Shown here: positions 27,242 to 37,860 of the stretch, one piece after another
Numbering within the stretch: the stretch's first letter is position 1
Layout: each line of letters opens with the position of its first letter
Origin: Azolla caroliniana
Taxonomy: Eukaryota; Plantae; Polypodiophyta
Direction of reading: 5' to 3'
Length of the DNA stretch: 64,000 nt
Assembly: GCA_043228905.1 (NCBI GenBank)
Contig: JBHGNT010000020.1
Span: 5,332,001-5,396,000, forward strand
Notes under the pieces: model-generated
Databases searched by the model: none
Seen by the model: only the letters and a program-made list of their open reading frames with translations
What the model was told of the DNA's origin: nothing
Translations under genes and position numbers: made by a program

Positions 27242-27696
27242 GATATTGTTACCGGTTAGGAACATAGTCCACCCTCAGTCCTTCGGGGTAGCTTTCAAGG
27301 TGATCATGGTGCAAGGGAATAGGGATACGTAGTGCGTGATTTGTCAGACATAAGGGGAAGACGGCTACAACCTAACCTCCATAGGGGCGTAGCACCCAAC
27401 GTGTGCTTACCTTGTGTTTATTGCAACATAGTCTTGTACAGAGAACGAGAAACGGAAACAAGAGACCAATAGACCAATAGACAGAATACAAAAATCAGAG
27501 AAGATAAACTATATTAAAACGGTGCTCTCATAATACGCTAGCTCTTTACAATGGTCTCTCGCCCCTTATATACACAGGGCTTCTAATCGGTTACACTCCC
27601 TGCGTAAAACTATTACATGCGTTACTTTAACGCTCCTAATATAATGCTCTATTTTTCATGCGTTAGGTCCAACGGTTACAATTTCAGCGGACAACA

Positions 27697-27742
27697 CCTG
27701 GCACGCCTGTGGGACAGTGCCATGGCACGTCGAACCCATCCG
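27697..27742 (-). promoter_or_regulatory. tRNA-3'-end-like motif in place of a PPT (element B)
   Basis: Minus strand ATGGGTTCGA-cGTGCCATGGCACt-GTCCCACAGGCGTGCCA-GG then TGTT of the 3' LTR. Confidence 0.8.
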
Positions 27743-27749
27743 CTTCCTA

Positions 27750-29363
27750 TTAGTCGCCCAAAATGTCGAGGATGTTTGGCTCCGTTCGTTCGTCATGCAC
27801 CGGAGGCGGCGTGATGTCCGTAGGTGCTTCATTGTTACGTTTGGCTGATGCGTCGGTTTCCGTGTTGTACTCGTCATGCGGCTTCATTCGTGCGCCATGC
27901 ACCGGAGACATCGCGGTGCCCGTAGGTGCTTTGTTGTTTTGCTTGGCTGGTGCATCGGTCTCCTCGTTGACTTCTTCACGCGTCATCGTCATTGTGGGCT
28001 CCATTGGTACACTGTCCGGGGCATTTCCTTGTGGCTCTGGCGACGGCTCTTCCTGGCGTGGGCAAGCGTTCGGGCGTTGCTCTTCTCTGCTCGTATCGTT
28101 CGTGGGGTTGTCCTCGTCATGCGGCTCCGTTCGTGCGCCATGCACCGGAGACATCGCGGTGCCCGTAGGTGCTTTGTTGTTTTGCTTGGCTGGCGCATCG
28201 ATCTCCTCGTTGACTTCTTCACGCGTCGTCGTCATTGTGGGCTCGATTGGTACGTTGTCCGGGGCATTTCCTTGTGGCTCTGGCGACGGCTCTTCCTGGC
28301 GTGGGCAAGCGTTCGGGCGTTTCTCTTCTCTACTCGTATCGTCCGTGGGGTTGATCGGTGTAGTTGTTATCTCAGGCACGTCATTTGGGTTAGGCTGGGA
28401 CTCATTTTGTTCGACGAAGTCGCTATTTAGTACTGTTATTGCTTCCGCCCTCTGGCTCTTGCTGTCAAGCTCCATTAGCTGGTGGAAGATGTCTTCCTGA
28501 CTTTCCCTGAAATCATCTAGCAGCTGCGTGAGTTCTTCGGAGTGCTAGTCAGCTAGCGTTTGATAATCCTGCGCAAGGTCCTCTCGTACCGCCGCATTGT
28601 TGTCCTCATTTATCTTGTAGAAGCCTCTGCCCTCTTTGCGGTAGTTCTCCCAGTCCGCCCGGTAGGTGTGCAATTCTGCTGTTTGTGTAGTCCACGCCGC
28701 CCATCCTTTGTCCAACGCTGCTTTTAATTGCGTTGTAAACCGCTCACGAGTTTTTTGAAGGAGGACGTGTACATTGTCCATTAGCGTTTGGGAGTGGGCT
28801 TGCGCTTCACCTAGGGCCTTCTTGAGGTTTTCGATTTTACGCTTATTGGTCGTCGCGGCTTCCTCATAGCAGCTCTTCATCTTTGCCCATATCTCCTTTA
28901 AGTGTAGTTCTTCGAGCCGTCCAATTTCATTGTTTAGGCGGATTTCTACCCGATGCATCTGTTCACGCTCACGCACGAGATGTTCGTCGTACCACGCTTT
29001 CTTTCTTTCTAATAATTCGCGAAGCCCCGTAATGAAGGCCTCTGAGGGAGGTGGAGAAGGTGAGGGGTCTTCCCATTCTTCCTGGGTTAACACCAAAATC
29101 TTTTCCCGTTGTTTCCGTGGTGGTGGTGGAGAGGTAAGGATGCGACAAGGGGAAAACGAAGGAGGTGGGTAGAGGACTGTGAGGTAATGATTCATCACCG
29201 GTAACATTCGCTTACCGGATTGAAAAGACTCTAGCGTTGCACGAACTCCTTCATCGGTGATGATTCCCCAATCGATTTTGTCGCCTTTGTACACTGTGAT
29301 GATGATGGCAGCTTTATTCTGTGGCATACTCATGGGATCGGTATGCACAAAGGCGTATTCCAA
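27750..29363 (-). pseudogene. Gypsy B ORF2 (coiled-coil, acidic low-complexity tail; N-terminus lost)
   Basis: MPQNKAAIIITVYKGDKIDWG and W..W....AEL...RAD.EN.RKEG motifs are shared with 47816-49477 and H. Confidence 0.8.
27871..28353. repeat. In-frame 243-bp tandem duplication in B ORF2
   Basis: Units start at 27871 and 28114 (tcgtcatgcggct...); 81-aa peptide repeated. Confidence 0.92.
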
Positions 29364-30245
29364 GTCTCTGAGTTTAGGTTAAGGAAAGGATACCCCAGGC
29401 CCAATCAGAGCAATATCAGCTCGAACAACTCCTCGAACTCGGCGAACATCGAGTGGCCAACATGGCTCAAGTGGAACAATGCCAACGACAACGCAAAGCC
29501 TTCGTGGATTGTCACCGGAAAGGTACGGAGAAAGGACTTATCATCGGCAAACCGGTACTTGTCTTCCAAACACGACTCGGTGCCATGCCGGGGAAATTAC
29601 GATTCCAATGAACAGGCCCCTTCAGGATAATCAACGAGTTTAATGGCACATTCCAACTCGGCACACTTGCCGGAGACATCGTCCAAAGCTGGGTAAATGG
29701 ATTCCGACTTTGACCTTACCAAGGAAATACCCCAGATAATCCCTTCGCCGAGTCACACAGCACGGACCAGTTCACAGATGACACCACGTGCCCCCATTGG
29801 TAAAATAATGACCTACCTACCAAAATTGTATATTAGGTAAAATTAGGAATAGTTTTAGCATTTAAATTAGCCTTACCTAAACCACCTAACAAATCACCCC
29901 AAATCATGAAAATTTCTTAGGAGCACAAACTAGTCACCTTCACATTAAAGTAGAGTATTTAAGGAACATGCACACCTCACAAGGCAAAGCACTCCTGTGA
30001 CGTGTGGCCATAATACCTTATTATGGCAACCACAACCAAGAATCTAAAGGATCTTCTTCCTGCACAAAACCCTAGGCGGTCACATAAACGAAGCTTTCTT
30101 GCCTTCACAACCTTCAAGCTCTCTCTCGTTCTAATCACTCCCGCAAACAAGCCTTCTCTCGCCCTCATAGCCCCTTCACAGAACAACGGTTTCCTCCCCA
30201 AAAATCTTCTTCCATCTCTTTGTCTCGCCTTCGTCTCATCGCCCC
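29357..30245 (+). mobile_element. Inverted fragment: Gypsy integrase C-terminus plus spacer, probably from B
   Basis: Plus-strand FQV...QRQRKAFVD...MPGKLRF..GPF...WVNGFRL, opposite in orientation to the flanking B sequence. Confidence 0.75.
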
Positions 30246-30247
30246 CT

Positions 30248-30278
<31 letters not shown>

Positions 30279-30468
30279 ACTCACTCTTTCCTTTTCTCGA
30301 GTGTTCTTCACCTCTCTTAGTACTAATACTTCTTTTAGTACTAATTCCTTCTCTGTCTTAGTAATGTTCCTGACAGTTTGAACAGATTTTGCTCATTCTT
30401 CATTCCGTATCTTCCTTTCCTCCTCTTCCTTTTATCTTCTTATTAATCCTCTTATCCTACCTAGTAAA

Positions 30469-31611
30469 ATGGAAATTGTTAGCGCTCAGGAATACCAATC
30501 TGTTTTCTCGGAGCTCCAATGCTTAAAAGAGAAATTTGTAGCACTAGAACAAGAAAACCATCATTTGTTGGGGGATCTTCAAAAAATAGCGCTGGAAAAA
30601 CAACAAATACATGGGGAGCTGACGTTACGTGTACAACAACTCGAAGCGACTATCATATCATTACAACAACAATGATCAAGCACTCAAGGGATTCACAAAG
30701 AACCCAAGATCGGTCTTCTTGCAAAATTTGATGGGACCCGATAACAGTTTAGACGGTTTTTGAATCAGGTACGTTTAGTGATACAAATGCATCCTTCTCG
30801 ATATCCCACCGATGCATCACGAGTGGGACTAGTAGGTACTCTCCTTAGTGGCTCAGTGTTAGCATGGTTTGCTCCATTGTTGGAAAAGGAATCTCCATTA
30901 CTAAATTTTTTTGAAGAACTTATAAGTGAGTTTAAGGCCTGTTTTGGAGATACTGACAACATAAGTATTGCAATCAACAAAATCCGGTGATTACGCCAAG
31001 GTGACCGTCCAGCCTCCGCATACGCTGCAGATTTCCTACTACTCGCTACCGATATCCCTTGGGATGATCACGCTTTGATGGGGCAATTTTGTTATGGTTT
31101 ACGCAACGAAGTTAAGGATTTACTCTTGACCTTCCCCGAAGAGCCAAAGTCATTAACAGAAGCAATCAGTCGCGCGGTGAGATGCGACAACCGCCTCTTC
31201 AAACGACGTTCGAAACAACAATTCCAGATTCTGAGGGCAAGATCAGATCCTACCTATGCCTCAGTGGTAGCGAAACCTTTTCCGAGGGAGTCATATAATG
31301 CGCCTCCAGTAAGTACTCCAACTCCGATGGAAATTGACACCACACGTTGTCGTGGACCGCAATCGGAAGAAGAAAAGCAACGACGCCGAGCAAACCGACT
31401 ATGTCTTTATTGCGGTGGACCAGGGCATATCGCGGTAAACTGTCCCCATAGGCCAAGAAGGCAGGTAAACCAAATAGTTGCTAGTTCTGATTGTACTAAA
31501 CCCAAGTCTATTTCAGTAGGGATATCTGATAGTCCTAATAGTACTAATAGCCCAAATCTAGCGAACAAATTTGATGTCCTTAGTCAGTTAGAAGAAGAGT
31601 TAAACGACTAA
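30469..31611 (+). pseudogene. gag: Chromovirus gag (stops)
   Basis: Coiled-coil N-terminus, LLSGSVLAW capsid motif, PMEID and CLYCGGPGHIAVNC knuckle. Confidence 0.9.
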
Positions 31612-31650
31612 GTCCAACCAAAATAGGAGTCGTTTGGTTGGACAACCCTA
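31599..31650 (+). promoter_or_regulatory. -1 ribosomal frameshift signal (slippery heptamer plus stem-loop/pseudoknot)
   Basis: G TTA AAC at 31599-31605, 6-nt spacer, 11-bp stem GTCCAACCAAA/TTTGGTTGGAC; loop TAGG can pair with CCTA 31647-31650. pol is open in the -1 frame. Confidence 0.8.
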
Positions 31651-34600
31651 GATCTGTGCAGCCCATTAGTGGTTCCATTCCCTCTAAGCAAGTTAGCAAT
31701 GTGTTTGTAGCCCAAGTAACAGTTAATACTAAAAGTACCCCTCGAGTACATGTCTCAGCACTTCTAGATTCCGGAGCTAATTCTTGCTTCATGGATAGGA
31801 ACTTTGCCCAAGCTCATCAAATATCACTCAAAAAACTCTCGTCTCCAGCCTCTGTAGTAGTCATTGATGGTCGTCCCATTGCTTCCGGAAATATCATAGA
31901 AGAGTCAGAGCCCATTAATATTGTCCTAGATAATCTAGCATGTGTAGTATCGTTTAATATAATTAGCATCCCAGAACACCCCATTGTTTTAGGATTACCA
32001 TGGTTCGAATTACATAACCCAAACATAGATTGGAGAACAAGAGAAATACGGTATCGAAAAGCCTAACGGTCTACTCATGAGATTGCAACCATTTCGCTAC
32101 ATCAGTTGCGGGAAGAAGGACGCAAGGAAGAAATGTTTCTCTTCGCAATATCAGTAAAGCCCTCAGACACCATTAAAGAGGAGTCCACCGTTCAACTTCC
32201 AAAGAAGTATCATCATTATGCCGATGTGTTCGATAAAGTACAAGCCAATACGCTTCCTCACCATCGACCGTATGATTGCCCCATCGATTTACAACCGAGG
32301 AAAGAGCCACCATGGGGACCGATCTACAATTTGTCACCAACCGAGATAGAAGTCCTACGAGCCTATATAGAGGAGAATTTGGAAAATGGTTTCATTCTTC
32401 ATTCGAAATCTCCAGCCGGCGCTCCCATTTTCTTCGTCAAGAAAAAGATGGATCACTTCGTCTCGTAGTAGATTACTGTGGCTTGAATAAGGTGAGAATC
32501 ATAAATAGGTATGCACTTCCCCTTATCTCAAGTCTTTTAGAACGGATCAATGGTGCCAGGTTCTTCACGAAGATCGACTTACGGGGGAGCTTATAACCTC
32601 GTACGGATCCGACCAGGAGATGACTGGAAGACCGCGTTTCAGACTAGATATGGGCACTTCGAGTATATGGTCATGTCGTTCGGCCTCACTAATGCGCCAA
32701 CAATCTTCCAGCACATGGTCTTTATGCAAAGCTGGAAAAATGTAGTTTTGGGTGCAACCAGGTGGAATTTATAGGCTATGTCATTTCCTCGGATGGCATC
32801 TCCATGGACCCAGCTAAGGTCAAAACTGTGGTAGAGTGGCAGACTTTGCGTTCGGTGCGAGATGTGCAATGCTTTTTAGGCTTTGCCAATTTTTACCGGA
32901 AGTTCATACAGGATTACTCAAAGCTCGTTCTACCTCTCACACAGCTTACCAAGAAGGGACAATCGCTCGTTTGGTCTAAAGAAGCGGACATGGCTTTCGA
33001 GAGTCTTAAAAAGGCATTTACATCGGCTCCAATTCTAGCTCATGTTGATCCGGAAAAACCATTCATTATTGAAGCAAACACATCGGATTTCACATTGGAG
33101 AACATTCTGTCTCAACGGGGTAATGATGAGAAGCTACATCATGTGGCTTTTCACTCACGCAAGTTTGATGCCACAGAAATCAACTACGAAATTCATGATA
33201 AGGAGCTATTGGCAATAGTGGACTCTTTTATGCAATGGAGGCATTTTCTAGAGGGATCCTCTCATCAAGTCATCGTATTCAGTGACCACAAAAACCTTGC
33301 CTACTTTTAGGACGCTCATGTGTTAAATCAACGTCAAGCTCAGTGGGCCCACTTCCTCACGCGTTTCGACTTCAAAATTACATATCGTCCGCAGAAGCAC
33401 CAAGGGAAGGCAGAGGCATTATCACAGCGTTCGTACCTAGCACCCGTCCTGGCGAGCCAGCTTTTGATAACCAAAAGCAAGTAACCTTGGGACCGACACA
33501 ACTACAAGCAACATAGGTCTTTGGCATGCCAATGGATTCCCACATTATCGATACTATACGTGAGGACTTGAAGACCGATGCTTTCACCCAAAGCATTCTA
33601 GCACAAATTGATCCCTCTCAAGCATCTTGTTCACAGTCACAACCACCAGGTACGGACTATTGGCAATTCAAATACCATGATGGATTACTATTCTTTAATG
33701 AACTCTTGTATGTTCCTAATGGTTCTTGCCGCCTTCGAGTAGTCCAAAACTATGATGACACATATATATAGCTGGGCATTTTGGTAGTACTAAAACATTA
33801 GATTTAGTACAACGATCATTTTGGTGGCCCCGTATGTGACAATTTGTCGAAGATTTTGTTCGGACTTGTGATACATGTTGCAGAGCGAAAATGCCAAGGC
33901 ATCATCCATATGGTTTATTAGAACCATTACCAATTCCAAGCAAGCCGTGGCAATCCATTGCTCTAGACTTCATCACAGATCTTCCAGTCTCTAAGGGGTT
34001 CAATGCGATTCTAACAGTCGTAGATCGATATACGAAGATGGCTCATTTCTTGCCATGTACTAAGGAAATATCCAGTGTAGAAACCGCTGAAATTGTCATG
34101 CGTGAAGTATGTCGGCATCATGGCCTTCCCGATAATATCATCAGCGACCGTGTACCCCAGTTCGTATCGAAATTCTGGAAGCATCTTTTTAAAATGCACA
34201 AGATCACGTGTAACCTCTCTTCTGGCTACCACCCACAAACGGATGGCCAAGCAGAATGAACAAATCAAACACTGGAGCAGTATCTTCGGTGCTTTCTAAA
34301 CTATCATCAGGATGCCTGGGTAGATATTCTCCACTTCTCTGAATTTGCCTACAATAACTCAGTCCACGCATCCACTAAAGTTACGCCATTTAATGCTTAT
34401 ACGGGTTCTCACCCCCAGTGGTGTGTATTTAAAACTCTAGAGTTGTCCACAAATCCTTGCGTAGAGGATCATTTAGAATGGTTACGCAAGATACAAGCCG
34501 ATTTATCTACTCATCTCCAACAAGCTCAACAAACACACAAGGTTTACGCGGATCGTCATAGACTTCCATCCAGTTTTAACATTCGAGATCGGGTATGGCT

Positions 34601-35038
34601 ACTACGACGACACATGAAGACTACTCGCCCATGCGAGAAGTTGGATTATCGGCGATTAGGTCCTTTCCATATTATCGTCTCGATCTACCTCCGCAACTTC
34701 GGATATATCCAGTGTTTCATAGTTCTCTCCTCGAACCCTATCAAGAGAACACCATCCTAGTACGTATTACACAACCTCCACCCCCGATTGAGCTTGAAGA
34801 TGGACCTGAGTACGAGGTTGCTGCCATCCTTGATTCCAAGATTCTTCGCAACAAGCTCTACTGTCTAGTCGATTGGCTAGGATATAGTACCACCGAGCGT
34901 ACTTGGGAACCGATAGAGAATGTGACTAATGCTCGTGCTCTTCTTGAAGACTTCCATCGTCAATATCCAGACAAACCGGGTCCTCAATCCAAAACAACCC
35001 GTGACACTCGTCGTTTTAAAAGGGGGATAGTGTCATGA
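31602..35038 (+). pseudogene. pol: Chromovirus pol: PR-RT (YxDD region deleted near 32720)-RH-IN-chromodomain
   Basis: [65 protein letters not shown]...LVDWLGY...TWEP. Confidence 0.92.
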
Positions 35039-35327
35039 TATGGCAAGACTTGAACCCATGACCTTATGCTACATGGGTCGAGCTCTTGACCATTACACCA
35101 TACATTATAATACGTAGAATATTATTTTCATTTATGTTTTATTATAGAAAATTGATGTATATTCCAGATTTCACTGAAACATTCTAGAAACTTCAGGAGT
35201 ATTCCTGAGAACACTATAAAAGGAGGCACAAGGCATTATTTCGAACCAAATCGGTTCAACGCCAGTCTTAAGCCTCCTAGCTATTACTATACCTTCTCTT
35301 TCACATAATATATATCTTCTCTTACCA

Positions 35328-35367
<40 letters not shown>

Positions 35368-35474
35368 CCTCCCTCTCACTCACTCTTTCCTTCTCTCGAG
35401 AGTTCTTCACCTCTCTTAGTACTAATACTTCTTTTACTACTAATTCCTTCTCTGTCTTAGTATTGTTCCTGACA

Positions 35475-37860
35475 AAGCCCGAGGAGGATCCTTCACACCG
35501 GTTCTAGAGACTCCGCCGGTCGGCCGAGAGTCGGCGTGAGACCTAGAGTGATGAACGGTGGCGGTGAGGGGACGAAGGCAGAAGGTAGCGGTCGGCCTGA
35601 GTGCCGGCGTGAGTCCTATAGGAGAGATCGGTGGCAGCAGGTGAACGTGACCAGACGAAGAGGCTCACACGGAGGTCGGGAAGACGGCAAGCGGTGCTGC
35701 ATCAACCTTACACACACCGGTTCTAGACACTCCGGTAGCCGACAACAAGGTCCGGCGTGAGACCTAGAGGGAAGAACGGTGGCGGCGGCAAGGCAGGAAA
35801 CCAAAGACTGCGGATGGGCGGTCTACGGAGATCCTCACACCGATCTTGCGGTCGGCCCGAGATCCGACGTGAGCCCTATAGGAGAGATCGGTGGTGGCAG
35901 GTGAACGTCACCAGCACAAGAGGCCGACGCGAAGGTCGGGACTACGGCGAGAGGAAGACGGCAAAAGGGGAGGTCCCACGAAGATCCTCACACCGATCCA
36001 GCGGTCGGCCCGACTGCCGGCATGAGTCCTATAGGAGAGATCGGTGGCGGCAGGTGAACGTGATCGGACGAAGGAAAGCTGAGCGAGAGGAGGTATGAAG
36101 CCGGCGAGGCAGCCACGAACCGGACAGGCCCGGCCGGTAGGGTCAGCAAGACAAAGATCGGACGCACTTGGTGCACAAGTTCGTGACCCAACAAATCGGA
36201 GGCCCAAGAACAATCCTTCACACCTGTCCAGAGACCCCGATAGTTCGGTCGACGTGGCAATGTGAGATCGAGGGTAATGGAAGATGGCAGCAAGGGGACG
36301 AAGGCAGCAACAATAGAGGCGCCAACTAACCGAGGCGTCACGCGAACGATGGAGGCCATGCGGGCTGGAAAGCGGCAAGGCTGGTCTTCCGGTAAGCTGC
36401 CAGAGACACCCGGTCAAGGAGCGGTGTGTCAAGCTGGAAAGCACACCCGGGAGTAGAGCGGAAGACGTGCGTGTGGCCATCAAGGGCCAAAGCGAAGCAC
36501 GAGTACGGGACGGTGTTCGACACGGGCATTGCCGAATAAGGAAGGCGGAAGATGGCACACGGAGGTGCCGGGAAAGAAAGTACGTGCGCGACGGATGGTT
36601 GCCGGATCACGAGATATCGGGTAGAAGGCCAGAGAGGGGTCCTCCACACCGGTTCCGGAGGCCTCGGTTGTCCGAGCCAACGTGGCAACGTAAGTCCCAG
36701 GAGAAGGAAGGTGGCGGCGAGGGGACGACGGTGGTGAGCAACCGCGTGGGATGGCAACCAGGATTGCGTGGACGATCGACTAAGGCAAGCGGGCCGCGAC
36801 GGGTGGAGGCATACGACGGAGAGCGGAGCGTGCATGCAGCCGAGCGAAGGGCCAACAACGGGGCACGCGTACTATGGGGTCGCGGCGAACGACCTATTGA
36901 CGAGACGGGTTGCACGAGCCTACGAAGAGGCAAGCGTGCAGAATGAACCGGAGCCGACGGTTCAAACCGGCAACGGTCGACGCGGCAAGTCGGGATGCAG
37001 GTCACAGAGGACCAATTTCTCACCAGCCTGAATCTTTCGCCTTTCTCCGGATTTGGCATGTACCGGTGGACATGCAGTTTGGTGGGGGTGGATGTCGTGA
37101 AGATTCCGGGCCATGGTGAGAAACCGGGGAGTATTGGAAGAATCGGCGGAGTGCATCATGTGCGCTTACCCTTGTATAAATGTGTGAATAATAGGGGTGC
37201 CTTTATGGCGTCGAGTGGGAGTCAAGTCGGGACAAAGAATCCCATGTAAATGGAGATTTATGCCACATTGTAACGCATCCCTCTCCTTGTTCTATAAAAT
37301 GAAGGGATGGTCCCTTGTAGAGGGGTGGCCCATTTTGTGTTAGAGGGTATACCGTTAGATTAGGGTTAAGGAGTTCTATCTTGGTAGTCTCTTCTTCTTT
37401 TTTCTCTTCTTCCTCTTCTTCTTTGTCGTCGTGAGGGTTGAGAGATTGTGTCTGTTCAGGGTTTGCTTCTGCTCGGTCTCCTGTGCAAGACCCCGCTCTG
37501 CGCGACGAGCCCGAGAGCTCCCCAGACGGCGGCTTGGTAGCAGACTGTTATTGTAACCTACCCTACCTTGGTCCGGCTCGAAGCCGGGGTTGTATTCTTT
37601 CTCTTGTAATATGCATGCTCATATCTGTTCGTGCATATTGGTGTATTTAGTGGTGTCGGAAGCACAACCCTTGCTTCTTGTGCATAAGAGTCAGTGTCGC
37701 ACGCACGCTCTCCCTCTCCTTTGTCTCTCTCTCTCTCTCTCTTGTGTTCGGTTGCACCCGGGTCATGTTCAGTGTTGGTTTTCTTGGCATCCCTCTTCTC
37801 CCTCGTCCGAGACACCCGTGGTCCTGCCCCTTTTACACGCACGCGCGTAATAACGCGACA
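35475..37860 (+). mobile_element. 3' part of a GC-rich LTR element D (Tat-like by architecture): 3' region, PPT and 3' LTR
   Basis: PPT GGTGGGGGTGGA 37081-37092; LTR 37093-37860 with TGTCG...CGACA termini and TATA ctataaaa near 37292; abuts the broken integrase of C. No coding domains left, so the lineage is inference. Confidence 0.7.
35490..36070 (+). repeat. Degenerate tandem repeats in the 3' region of D
   Basis: gagtcctataggagagatcggtggc.gcaggtgaacgt recurs at ~35611, ~35871 and ~36024; cacaccggttctagagactcc...gtgagacctagag recurs at ~35494 and ~35713. Confidence 0.8.

Larger units (their letters stand above)
30245..35474 (+). mobile_element. Chromovirus (Tcn1/Tf1-sushi-like), 5' LTR truncated
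   Basis: 3' LTR 35031-35474 (TGTCA...TGACA); 5' LTR remnant ~30245-30375; PPT AAAAGGGGGATAG; C-terminal chromodomain. Confidence 0.92.

Noticed and set aside
27763-28500. 245-aa and 184-aa plus-strand ORFs
   Set aside because: Reverse frames of the repetitive ORF2 tail.
35536-37249. Arg/Gly-rich ORFs in D on both strands
   Set aside because: Expected in GC-rich repeats; no domain recognised.
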